Below, piece after piece: positions 23,600-35,385 of a stretch of 64,000 nucleotides of DNA (the first letter of the stretch is position 1; each line of letters opens with the position of its first letter). The DNA comes from Lama glama (Eukaryota): the NCBI GenBank assembly GCA_028534125.1, contig CM052817.1:7194001-7258000 (forward strand), written 5' to 3'. A model generated the notes under the pieces. The model searched no databases and was not told the origin of the DNA. It was given only the letters and a program-made list of their open reading frames with translations. The position numbers and the translations under genes are program-made.

Positions 23600-23772
23600 C
23601 AACATCCAATCCACATATGTATCTTTTAAAGTGTTCTGTCTTTCTCAGTTGAATGTAAGTTCCATGAGTAAAGGAATTTCTGTCTGTTTGTTGCGTCCTT
23701 AACTTCTGGCATAGTACCTGTCACAGAGTAGGCTCTCAATAAATATTTGTGAAATGAGTGAATAAATGAATA
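23600..23772 (+). mobile_element. L2 3' end
   Basis: gtacctgtcacagagtaggctctcaataaatatttgtgaaatgagtgaataaatgaa. Confidence 0.8.
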
Positions 23773-25839
23773 CATAAAACAGTGTCGGGCAGGGCTATTA
23801 TTTTGACTTTACCTGTGTTCAGTCAATGTAGAATGAGTAGGGCTGGCAGTGAGGAAGTGTATATTGTCCTGTTAACATCTGAACTCCTAAAAGTGATGTA
23901 CAAGAGGGAGCTGATGTTGACTTGATTCACCTTTGGACATTGAGAGGCTACACTCATTCTGAGATTCTGAGTAAGAGTGGACCAGAACAAAGAGTGGGTA
24001 AAAAGTAGCAGTGTTAATTTAACCTGAAAGAGAAAGGACATGGGATATTCAAGCTTTATATCTTCTCTGAGGATTTGATAGTGGAAAGGCATTCACATGC
24101 AAACTACAGATATTTTGTGTCATGACTATTATTGTATTTGGGAGTACATTTAAGCTGTCATATGAAGTTACTGTTTAATCACCAAAGCATTACACATTGT
24201 ACAGAGTGTCTGTGCATCACAGAACAAGGGATGTGTTTTGGATCTTGGGTACAACAGAGTTTTAGGATTAATTTAAATTACTGCTCTGTCCTATTTAGCC
24301 ATGGTGGAGGGGGGGAAGATAGACTGTCCACCAATGATTCTGGAAGAAAATACAAAGGATCAATGTTTGGAAGTGGAAGAAAAGATTCATGAATGAAGAC
24401 AAAAGACTGCCATTAAAAAAAAAAAAAAGAAAACCCAAAACTATTGTTCTAGCTTCCTGAAGGGGGCAACCACATGTCTGGTCAGCTGTAGAATCAACTG
24501 ACAAGACCAATGGTTTAAGAGGGCAAAACCTGGGAAATTAAGAAGTTACAAAGGAGCACTTACCTCTGCTTCCTCCGGTTTCCATGTAGATGATGTCTGT
24601 AAACTGTCCACTCTCCAGTAGATGCAATAGGCTTTCTCTTCTTCTTCTCTCAAAGGCTTCCCTTGTTACTTTCCCTGTACATAATTTATCTTGTTGGTGC
24701 GGATGGAGAGAGAGGATCTGTAGCTCTGTTCCTTTATTGCTCTCTTTCTGAGTGGCCAGTCCTCAAGTAGCACAGGCTTCTCTACTGATCCATGGGGTAA
24801 ACATGCTGGAAAAACTGTAGCTTTATGGACATGGTTCTATTTAGGAGAGGGGAACATATTAGGGGATTTAACTGTGGGCAATGGGTCAAACAACATTTTC
24901 CAATTCTACTAATCAGTCACAAATCTAATAACTTTATCTCTATTCTTCCTTCCAGTTCCCAGTGGTTCCAAACTCCAGAAAGAATGGGTGATACTTATTG
25001 GCTTTCTAAAACCTTAGCATATACAAAAATAGATTTTAACCTAATATAGGAAAGTGTTTTTTTTTTCCTCACTATTTGGGAGATGTTTGCAATGGAGGGA
25101 GCTGCTTCATAAGGCATTCAGATTCCATATCACCAGAGACTGAGACACCACCTACCCAGACATTGTTGAGTGAGTCTTTTCTCTAAGAAAATATTTGACT
25201 TATTATAAAAATAATAATGGTTCCTACATTAGTGCAGAACTTTAGAATTTACAAAGAGCTTTAAGATGCATCAGTTTGCTTAATATGAAGTCATATGTAT
25301 TTATTTTTATATTTATGTATTTGATTCATTTGAGATGATGTATTATTCTAATTTAGATGTTCAAGCAAGTCATCTCAAAGTAGACCCTTGAGAGTTTACT
25401 TGATTTTTATGAAGCAATAAAAATAAAAACATTTTTAAAACTGTAAATTAATAACAGACATTAGTGATTATTATCAACAGCAGTAACAGTACAAGGTTAA
25501 ATCAGCTGTCATTACTCAAAACTGCAGTGTTCTCATAGGGCCTACAGTGTGCTTTGAAATGCTTCTTACAATGAGAAATTGTTAACTTTGGGGGACTGAT
25601 TCTATTTTTATTTTAATTTAAGAACATCACCAAAAGTAACCTCTGGCCAAATATTATAAATCAAGTGAGGAGGGATCAAAGAAGGTAATATGATTTCTAG
25701 GGCACCAAAAAGTATAAGTTTTTTTTATTTGCTTGCTTTTGTTATCTTTAGGGGCCAGTACTATGTCTCAGCTGGCTTTGGGACAGGCATTGCAAAGAAA
25801 TTTGAACCCTGAAAACAGCTTTTAATGTACGAGAGTGAT

Positions 25840-26042
25840 AAAGAGCAAGACCTGCTTTGAATTTTGGCTTCACCACTTATTGTTTCTGGACCACTACAAG
25901 CTGCTTAAGCTACCTCTACGTCTTGGATTCCTTATTGGTAAAAGTGAGCCTAATCATGTCTAGTATCTAGACCCTGCTTACTAAATTTCATGAAATCATG
26001 AATGGGAAGTACTTGGAACAGAGTAGGTGTTCAATAAATGCT
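25840..26042 (+). mobile_element. MIR
   Basis: gacctgctttgaattttggcttcaccactta...gtaggtgttcaataaatg. Confidence 0.7.
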
Positions 26043-26384
26043 ACAAATTATACAGCATAACCAGGCAGCCTCTCTGCATCCTGAGGGATCCCTTACAAAG
26101 TACACCTTATTTTGATGACTATAAGTTACTCTCTTGATTACAGTGACAAAATCATTAAAATGGTATCGTACCCCAGGTACAAAAACAACTTACAGTCGGT
26201 TAGCTGGCTTAGAGGACTGTGTCCTTAAAACTAAGCAGAGAACTCAGTTGCGGATAGGTATTTAAATTTTTCAAAAAAAAAGCTGAGCTCTGGCATAATA
26301 AAGTAGGGTCAGCTTTCCCCGGAGCTATACTTTGTGCTTACTAGTTCTCTTTTGCCTCTCTTTCCATTGGGATTCTGCTCTCAG

Positions 26385-26724
26385 TTTGCCTCCCAGCTTG
26401 AATTTAATACTGGCCAGACTCCAGAGCGAAGCTAGTAGTCCCTGGCAATTTGCCAGCGCCCTTCTCCCCAGAGGAGGTTGGTTATCCCCCAACTTTGGCT
26501 TCACTGCTGTTCCGTCAAGAGTGATGGCCCAGAGACCAGGTTTCCTTTGTAGCACAAGTTCCTACACATGGTGCTGGGAGATGTCACGAGGAACACAGCA
26601 TGTCGGGCCTTGACACTATAGCCCCAGTGTCTGTAGCAGAACTCGACCTCTGACTGTGCTTCACCATTTAGAACTGATGGCAAGATTGAAGAACATGTCT
26701 AAGAAGAAAATACCAAAAGGAAAG

Positions 26725-26778
<54 letters not shown>

Positions 26779-26990
26779 GAAGGAAGAAAGGAAGAAAGGA
26801 AGAAAGGAAGAAAGAAAGAAAGAGTAGAATAGAACACAAGAGTGATTCAAGAACTATTGATTATCATCGTCCTGAAGAAGAAGGTCCCCAGTGAGAGACA
26901 AAAACTTTCTTCATCAAAGAACCCAACAATAAAATGGACCATGAAAATGAAAAATGGGTAGGAAAGTCACAGTGACCACAGCAAGGAGAA
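26385..26990 (+). pseudogene. Candidate decayed spacer exon containing an expanded GAAA microsatellite
   Basis: Pyrimidine tract and AGs at 26340-26417; coding-like peptides (DSRAKLVVPGNLPAPFSPEEVGYPP; SRIEHKSDSRTIDYHRPEEEGPQ); possible GC donor GAA|gcaagt. Confidence 0.4.
26719..26822. repeat. (GAAA)n / (GGAAGAAA)n microsatellite
   Basis: Direct reading. Confidence 0.95.
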
Positions 26991-27343
26991 GCAAGTCTAT
27001 TATGTTTTTACACAATAATAAATCAAAAGAAGAACAACTACTTAAATATTGTCTGTCTTTAAAACTTCCTTCCAAGAGGACCTGCACATTTTATCACATC
27101 CTGGTACAAATTTGTTATTGGAGAAGAATTATTGATAATGTAAATGATAAGCTCCTTTTTGACTTTTTGTTTAACCAAAATATTTATGTGATTATTAATT
27201 ACAAAAGGAACATTTTATGCTAATAACATGGTAATAATGTCCCCCCACCCCCGACAAAGCATTCTATCCTGGGAATTTTAGTAATTTCCTGGAAACAGCT
27301 CATTAGCAAACTATAAAATAATTTCTATTTTTTTTTTTTGCAG

Positions 27344-27436
27344 CTTTCTACTCTATGCTATGAGTTCTTTAGGGACAATTGCCCATGGAGAGAATGAACT
27401 TAACATTATTGTTTGGCTGATTAGTCAACAGATTGG
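27344..27436 (+). pseudogene. Decayed C-type lectin N-terminal exon (third CTLD)
   Basis: Acceptor (t)ngcag|; one frame reads LSTLCYEFFRDNCPWRE*T*HYCLAD, matching the CTLD CY.F......W.EA...C motif. Confidence 0.6.
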
Positions 27437-27469
27437 GTAGATAAATGGGTGAATGGATGGACAGATGAA

Positions 27470-27690
27470 AGCAGAAGTGTATGGTGTGGGTGCCAGATTA
27501 TCTGTATTACCAGACAAATTGGGGTTAGCATCCTGACTGATCCATTTCTTAGCTGCTCTGGATTTCAGTGTTTTCTTTTGTAAAATGTATGTGATAAGTT
27601 GACTTATATCTAGTAGTGTTGTGAATATAAAATAATTCATATAAAACATTTATTATAATCTGTCACATAGTAATTGTTCAATGAATGTGG
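27470..27690 (+). mobile_element. MIR
   Basis: tttcagtgttttcttttgtaaaatg...gtcacatagtaattgttcaatgaatg. Confidence 0.65.
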
Positions 27691-27866
27691 TCTATCTATC
27701 TTGCTTCCTTTCTATCATCATCATCCTTTTTCAGATCCTCTTTCAGAATTAGCAGTAATTTAGCAAAAAATGATAATAAAAATAAGAAATAATAATGGAT
27801 CTGAGCTCCAGTACTAATTCGCTGTATGACTACAGTCAAGCCAATGATTCTGGATATCAAAGTCCC

Positions 27867-28208
27867 TGTCTTTGCCCATTCAAGCTGCTATAGCAAAAAT
27901 GCCATAAACTGAGGGGCTTAAACAATTAAATGTGGATTTCTCCCAGTTCTAGAGGACAGGAAGTCCCAGGTCAGAGCACCAGCAGATTAGGCGTCTGGTG
28001 AGGACTCACTTCAAGGCTGTTTTCTTGCTGTGTCCTCACATGTCAGAAAGGTTAAGAGAGCTTAGAGGTTACTAAACCCATTCATGAGTGCTGCACTCTC
28101 ATGAGCTAATCATCTCCCGATGGCCACATCTTCAAAACCCATCACCATGGGAGATTAGGTTTCCACATGTGAATTTTGTAGGGAACACAAAGTGTGCAGT
28201 CCATTTCA
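27867..28208 (-). mobile_element. MLT1A0-like solo LTR inserted in a MIR
   Basis: agctgctatagcaaaaatgccataaactg...gtctggtgagg...cagtccatttca. Confidence 0.85.
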
Positions 28209-28861
28209 GTCTTCACTTGAAATTTCAGGACTAACAGTAACAGTTACCTTTCACACAGTCTCTTTGAGCTTCTCTCTGACGTAACTGGTAACCGAATGCA
28301 GGTAAGTTCTGCTTATTCACCTACAGCTCTGATTTGCTGTTTGAGATTTGGACTTTTCTAAATGTAACTCCTTCTTTAATAGAACTACCTAAATGACCCT
28401 CTAAAACTCAAATTTAACGTATTTAAAATAGCCTATATTCTCCCTAAATCACACCCCATCTCCACTTTTTTTCTTTATTCCCTACTTTAGTTAATAGGAT
28501 CTCCATTTACCAAGGAAATTAAGACAAATCCTCTCAAGATTGTGTATATCTCTCCTCCTCCTTCATACCCTATGCCTTATCAGTCATGAAATTAAGCTTA
28601 TATTGCTTTTGGAATTTCTGCATTTATATGATCAGTGCCCAAGGCCCTAGTTTAGAATTTAACTCTTTATGGAGTGTTTAAACAGCTTAATATCGATCTC
28701 TAAAGACTGTCTTTGGCATACAAGTGCCAGAAAAAGTAGCTGTCACCACAACCATCACTCTAGGTAAAGAAATCATATGCTCTGGCCCTGTCATTCCATG
28801 ATAACAAGAAGGTTGACATTCCAAAAAGGTTAAGCTTCTGTCTGTGTTACTCACCATTCAG

Positions 28862-29055
28862 CTCCAATGCCAAGCTTGGTGCTCAGAAATACATATGACA
28901 CCTTGATTAGACAAAGAGGAGAAAAGGTGTGCGAAGTCAAAAGACCAAACCTGGGAAATCCAATAAGTATGAAAAATTTCAAATTAACAGAGGAAAGTCC
29001 AGACCTGAAGAAACCTCATGATCTGAAGATGCTCACTGAAGAATCTCTCCTGTGA
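28862..29055 (+). pseudogene. Candidate terminal exon (CTLD end plus tail)
   Basis: Acceptor ttactcaccattcag|, phase 1, open to a stop: xPMPSLVLRNTYDTLIRQRGEKVCEVKRP...KMLTEESLL*. AATAAA at 29584. Confidence 0.55.
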
Positions 29056-30571
29056 CCCTTGAGACCTACACCTTAGTTAAAAAGAAGCCATAAAAGTCAC
29101 TTACCCCTCCGAATACACCAAAGAAATCATGAGTTTCTTAGGGCAAAGGACTGTCTCTTCCTCCTCTTTGTCTCCCACAGAAAGCAAAATGTTGGGCACA
29201 GGGTAAATACTCTGCAAATTTATTGAACTGAACAGAAATTATGAGTTACTTTTTAAACAGTTACAAGGTGCTCCTTGTAACTACAATTTATCTGAAACAC
29301 AGTGGTTAAATTTCTTTAGGCATTCAGCACTTCAAACTGGTAATTTATTTGTCATGCAAATCAGTGAATTCATATTGTTTCAACAATACACTTTGAAAAG
29401 TCAAATCACCAAGGTAACTTGAAGGAATATGATTATCTGCAGAGGCCTGGTACACGATTTCTTTTAGCACCTTCAAAAAAGCCAGGGACTAGAAGCCGTC
29501 ATATCAGGTGAGGAGATAATACACATAAACACACACAGGCACCCAGAGAATAAGTTCTTGTGTTTTTAAGCAAAGTAAAAGAAAATAAAATGTAAAACAT
29601 GTATTTTTAGAGTTGGCAGTCTCTTTTGGAGTCAAGAAATTTTTTGTGTAACAGGCTAACTCATTGTATATTTGCAGTATATGTGTCTAGTTATGGACAG
29701 AGTTCAACAAAAGAAAATGAATCTTGAAATCTCTTCATTTTAATTTATTATTTTTATGATCAGAGGAAAGAGACCCAGTTACTCACACACAACAGCATCA
29801 CTGCAGAGGCTGAGAAGTGGCATTCTGCTGTACTCCTGTTCAGTTTCTCCCATTCTTTGTGCTACCCAAGAGCTGGGGCAGTAGAAACTAGAGACTCGGG
29901 TTAAAAGCTTGATCAAGGAGGGAGAGTATGTATGTCATTTGAAATCGCTTTCCTGAAACTAAATAAACAAACCAGGTAAGCAAAACCCTCCTTCATGGCT
30001 GAAATTATGTCATGGAGACCAAACAGAAAGTCTAAAGGAAGTGGAGTTTCCTCCAACATGGCTTTTCCTTTATTGAGAGGACAGCGAATTGGATGAGGAA
30101 CCCCCAACACGGTTAGACACTTCTATGAGCTCCAGTATATCTAGAAACAATGCAGAACACAGAAGACATATTCCTAATCGAAGACTGAGACGAGCCCCAA
30201 TCTAGACATAGGCTCATGAGCTCTCGGGTTGACTTCTTGACAGCAACAATGATGCTAAGTTAAAATAGACTCAGCTGTGCTAATTCCGATGCCCTGCTCA
30301 CCTGACCATTCTGCAGTCTCCCTTTTATGTCCTGCCAGATCATGGAAAATACAAGTTAAGAAAAGATCCATCTTGCAAATTCCCTGGGATCTCAAACAGG
30401 ATTCACAGGAGCATCCAGATACATGTGAAGGAAACCCAAAGAAAAATACTCACAGTATATTTTCCCAACAGTTCAAAAATAAACCTGCCTTCATGAAGGT
30501 GTAAATGGAAAATTAAATTCAAATTAGACCACACTCAAAGCAACATGAAGAGTAAAAGGAGATAAACAAGT

Positions 30572-30830
30572 AATGCATTCATTGATTCATTTGCTCAACA
30601 ACCAGCAAATATTTATTGAATATCTCCTTTGAACCTGGTACTTCTCTAGACCATGAGGATACAGCAATGACTCAAATAGGCAAATGTCTCTCTCTCAATG
30701 GGGCTCCTGGTCTACCAGAGAGAAACCAACAAACACATCAAATATGTGATTTGCCAGTAGGCGATGAGTGATGGGGAGGTAAATAAGTCAGAGGAGAGGG
30801 AAGTGAAGTGTTAGCAGGTTACTTGCCACA
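30572..30830 (-). mobile_element. L2 3' end
   Basis: cattcattgattcatttgctcaaca...aaatatttattgaa...ggatacagcaatga. Confidence 0.75.
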
Positions 30831-31142
30831 CTCACCAATGAGCCATATGGTGACCAGGTTCCAAGGATGCGGGAATACCAGGGCATCTTGGGCTGCTTTT
30901 GGTGACTGACTTGATCTGGGAAAAGAACCAAAGGAGGTAAGCCATTGTAACCTCAAGTTAGAGAGTGAATGTGAGGCTCCATGGGGGGTGGTCTTGTCAG
31001 GAAGGGGTAGACTCCAAGGACCACCTCTTTCCTCATAGCTATGATGAGGAAGAGAGGAAAGGACTGCTTTGTTTTGCTTTGTTTTTTTCCCTAGTGTACA
31101 TGGAGGGCCTTGACCCCTAGGCAAGCCAAACCATGGTATTAT

Positions 31143-31435
31143 TCTTTTTTTCTTTTTAGTTTTATTTTTTTAATTGAAGTATTGTCAGTTATAATATGTC
31201 AATTTCTGGTGTACAGCACAATGTCCCAGTCATGCATGTATGTGTGTGTATGTATATATATATATTCATTTTCATATTCTTTTTCATTAAAGGTCGTTAC
31301 ATGATACTGGACATAGCTTCCTGTGCTATAAAGAAATTGGCTTTTTTAATCTATTTTTATATATAGTGGTTAACCTCTGCAAATCCTAAACTCCCAAATT
31401 TATCCCTTCCCACCCCTTTTCCTCTGATAACCATA
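31143..31435 (-). mobile_element. Young lineage-specific L1 3' end
   Basis: T-run, then aattgaagtattgtcagtt...gtcaatttctggtgtacagcacaatgtcccagtcatg. Confidence 0.85.
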
Positions 31436-31699
31436 CTCTTCACTCTTCCTAATGGAGAGTGGAGAGTGAGGGAGGGCTGGTCCAACTGGAGAATCTATTC
31501 TCTCTTTTTATCTGTGGCAGATAGAGGCAGAAAGACCAGTAGAAGACCTCTCTTCTTCGTCCTTCTCTACCTTCAAATAAATTCAAAAAGTTATTTTTAG
31601 TATAGAAAACAGATATAACATTGGAAAGAATAAACTTTGTGCTCTTAAGGAAATCAAAGGATACATGTAGCTAAAAGCTGAAACAATGACAAGTTAACA

Positions 31700-32800
31700 G
31701 GGACACAGATATCAAGGACATGGGTCAGAGAAAAAATTTACAACGCAAAGATTTAACAAAGCAAGGCAATAAGGCAACAGAAGATTTAAAAATGACACTG
31801 CAAGTGCTCATACTATTCTGGAAATTCTTTTTAGGAAAAAGAAAAGTAGAGTAAAGTAATACAAATGTAGAGGAAAAATTATAATTAGCTACCTTATAAA
31901 TGTTATGATGCTTACCTAGGAAAGCAAAAATAATTCACTTAAAAAAATGAAGAATAAGAAATGTTCAGTCAGATGTTCAGGTGAAAAATAATGACATATG
32001 AAGATTTGTTTTCTTATATGCTGGCCATAAAATTAGAAAACAAAATAGAAAAAGATCCCATCGAAACATCATAAAAAATATTAAAATAATTAGAATCAAA
32101 CTTTGGAAAAGCTCTTCAGTACTGATGTGAATAAAATGACAAAAAAATTACTATTATATGAGAGTAGATGAATAAATAGACATCCCTGAATGTGAAGTCC
32201 CAATTTTATATACATATGAAATTAAATGATGCAGAAAAGTTTTATATATCTAAAATATATGCATATATAAAGTTATATAATATAAAATTATAAGCATATT
32301 TAATATACAATAATTATGATATATTACATATTGATACATCATATATAATAATATATATGACACATAAAATAAATATTACAGTATGTTTCTATATGATATG
32401 CATATACTATATATGTATATATGAGGCATAGTGAGTTTAGGAAAGTTACCGACCATTATACAGCTAGTGTCCACATCAGAGTTCAAACTTAGGCCATCTG
32501 ACTTCAGGGTCTACATTCTTAACAACCGTGCTATAGTGAGAAAAGGGCAAAAAAAAGCTAGTGGACGTGAAAGATTATACCCCTGAAAGTAAACACAAAT
32601 GCCTTTTGAAGATATGAGATAATATTCACCTTAATATCAACAAAGATGTGAAAATTAATAAAAAATCGCAGTGAGATACCATAATTTGCTTATTGGATTG
32701 AAAAATCACAGGATTACTACTAAAGAGTAAAGAATAGCCAGTCACTCAAATTGCTTTTCAGAGTATAAATCCATACAACGGTTTATGAAGCTGATTTGCT
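31700..32800 (+). mobile_element. Old L1 (L1ME-like) fragments with AT-rich and MIR interruptions
   Basis: A-rich degenerate ORF2-like sequence (aaaacaaaatagaaaaagatccca, gtgagatacca, gagtataaat). Confidence 0.55.
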
Positions 32801-34056
32801 AGTATGTTAGCAGCCTTGCTTAGTCCTGAGGACTGTGTGACTGCCTTCCACTCTCTCCTCTCTTCCCAGACACCTGGAAGACTGACCCTTTCTTGCCCCT
32901 TTTGAAGTTAGAAGTAGCCATATATGACCTGATTTTGCCCATAGAAATGTATCATTAGATGGTGAGATAGTTTATATTTTTATTATTATATTATCATGAT
33001 TAGTATGTAATGAAAGTAAGCTTAAAAGCTAATTACAAAAAAAAGACAGTTGGCTTGGGTTTAACGAGTAATCGTCAAGAAGATCTGAATTAGATAATAG
33101 AGAATGCACGGTGTGTGTGCAAATGTAAAACAGCATGTACGTCGTGTAAGGATCATAGCTTTGGTAGCACTAAAATGGAGGCTTGCCTTTCGTTCACACC
33201 ACTCATTTACTATTTGATTTGGAACACATCATTTAGCCTTTCTAGTCCTCTATAGTTTTACTCCATAAAATGGTAGAATTAACATATATATCATGGTGGT
33301 ATTGTAAGAATTATTATTATGAAGATTAAAATGAAATAAATGCATATATAGGTAAAACATACATTTATATGTAATGAGGTGATATATAGTTATACATATT
33401 ATAAAATATATATTATATACAAGTGTGCGTATCTTATCGCTATGCCTTGGCTCAGTAAATACATGTTAGTTTTTGTTAGTTAGGATTTACTTCATTTCCA
33501 TTTAACAGAATGCAGCACCGAAATCCTACCTTGTCTCATCCATAAAGAAAATCTGGGGGGTGGGGATCTTAAGGCTGGTGTGGCAGCTTTCCTCCTTCTC
33601 TTTTTTTGCTTCTCACTCGGTCTTCCATGCTCAAGGTTGCTTCACAGCATAAGATGCATGTTAGAGCCCCTGCTACCTTGTCCACACTTCATGTAGTAAG
33701 AAAGAGGTGGGGGAAAGACGAAAAGGACCTCTTCTCAGGTAAACAGCTTCCTGTTAACACAGCTTTAGTGCAAATTTCACACAATATACTTGCACACATA
33801 TGACTGTCCAGAGACGAGTCCCATCCACAGCTCCTGTGTCCCATTCCACATGCCTTTTTCTCAGCCTTCCCCAGTGGGAGAAGACCCTCTCACCAGCTGA
33901 AGTCTGCAGGTACCTTAGAGGAAAGTGTGTATCGTGTATATTAAAAGGGAAGCTATTTTCACCCCCTTTCCTCCTCCAGTTGGTTGTTCTGCTTCCCCCT
34001 AAAGTAGCCTATCTGTGTTCTTAGTTCATATCAACACTTTTCCTACTGTGGATTTT

Positions 34057-34132
34057 GTGTGTGTGCATGTGTGTGTGTGTGCGTGTGTGTGCGTGTGTGT
34101 GTGCGTGTGTGCGTGTGTGCGTGTGTACACAC
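34057..34132. repeat. (TG)n/(TGCG) microsatellite
   Basis: Direct reading. Confidence 0.95.
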
Positions 34133-34619
34133 AAATTCCCCAGCTGTCATTGAGACTAGTATTTCCTAAGAATGCTTCCCATCAAACCAACCCACCCTGT
34201 TTCCCCTGACTGTAGCCCCCACATCTTGCTTGGGACTTTGCCTGTGAGACACCTCCTTCCCGAACTGACTCTCCCAAATCCCGGCAGTGGAAATGGTACC
34301 CCTCGTACAAATGCTATCTCAAATTTCACAGCCACCCCCGCTCCTGAGTCCATGTCTTAGATCTACCATCTTCATTCTCTGTGACTTCAGAGAACTTAGT
34401 TTACATTTATTTTGTAGACGCCTTCAGAACTGAAGTCGCTCTGATTAGGTTCATGTCTGCAACCTCCTCTCGGCATTGAGTCCTTGAGGACCGGGAGGCT
34501 GTCTCCAACATCTCTATTTTCCCTCTGTGTTTATCCAAGGATGTGGCACATCAGTTGTTTGTTCACAGCATGATACATAAATTTGGGTTAACCTCAAAGC
34601 ATTGGCGTCCAATGTTTCC

Positions 34620-35385
34620 AAGATAACTTTATTCAAAAATACATTTATTTTATCTCATTATAAAAATCAATTCAGAGTCATCAAATACAATTTGCAAAAC
34701 AGAAATATATGGGTAGGGGAGGACTCTCCCAGAGTCTAAATTCTGCAGTGGCAACATATTTATTTAGGTTTATTTTTATGAACAATTTGAACATGATTAT
34801 AATCATACTTTACATACAGTAGTTATCCTGCTGTTTCCCTTAATAAGGGAAATGCTTACGATATAATTTATGACACCCTCCTCTTAAGCATTCAGTTTAA
34901 ATCTTGTGTAATATTCCATTGGGTATATTTACTGTAATTTGTTTAAGCATTCCAATTTTGTTGGTCACTTAATTGTTTCAAGTTGGTTAGGATTACAAAT
35001 AACTGTTAAATGTCTTTTAACATGATGGCATTTTTATATTTAGGGTTATTTCTTTCAGATAGGGTTTCAGAAAGACAGTTGCTGGATCCAAATGTATTAA
35101 GCTTTTATTATTCTAGCAATACATATCTCCAAAAGGCTTTTCATAATGGTTGTACCAATTTTCTGACCTACCTTATTTTACATCACCCTTGCCAGCATCA
35201 GGGATGAGGATGAGGCAGATGATGGTGATGATGCTGCTGCAAGGTTTTTTTTTTTTTCTTTTTACTGATTTTTCACTGGTTTCAAGATTGTTAACACCAA
35301 AGTATAAGACAGAATTAGACAGAAAAATGTATTTCATTTTCCAGTGTTTGGTCTATCTGAGGACTAGTAAAATGAGGTTGATTTG
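34620..35385 (-). mobile_element. Old L1 3' fragments (L1ME-like)
   Basis: taatattccattggg, gttgctggatcca, ggttgtaccaatt, catcacccttgccagca. Confidence 0.6.

Noticed and set aside
26840..26885. LLIIIVLKKK as a transmembrane segment
   Set aside because: Hydrophobic run too short, and a neighbouring frame looks more coding-like.
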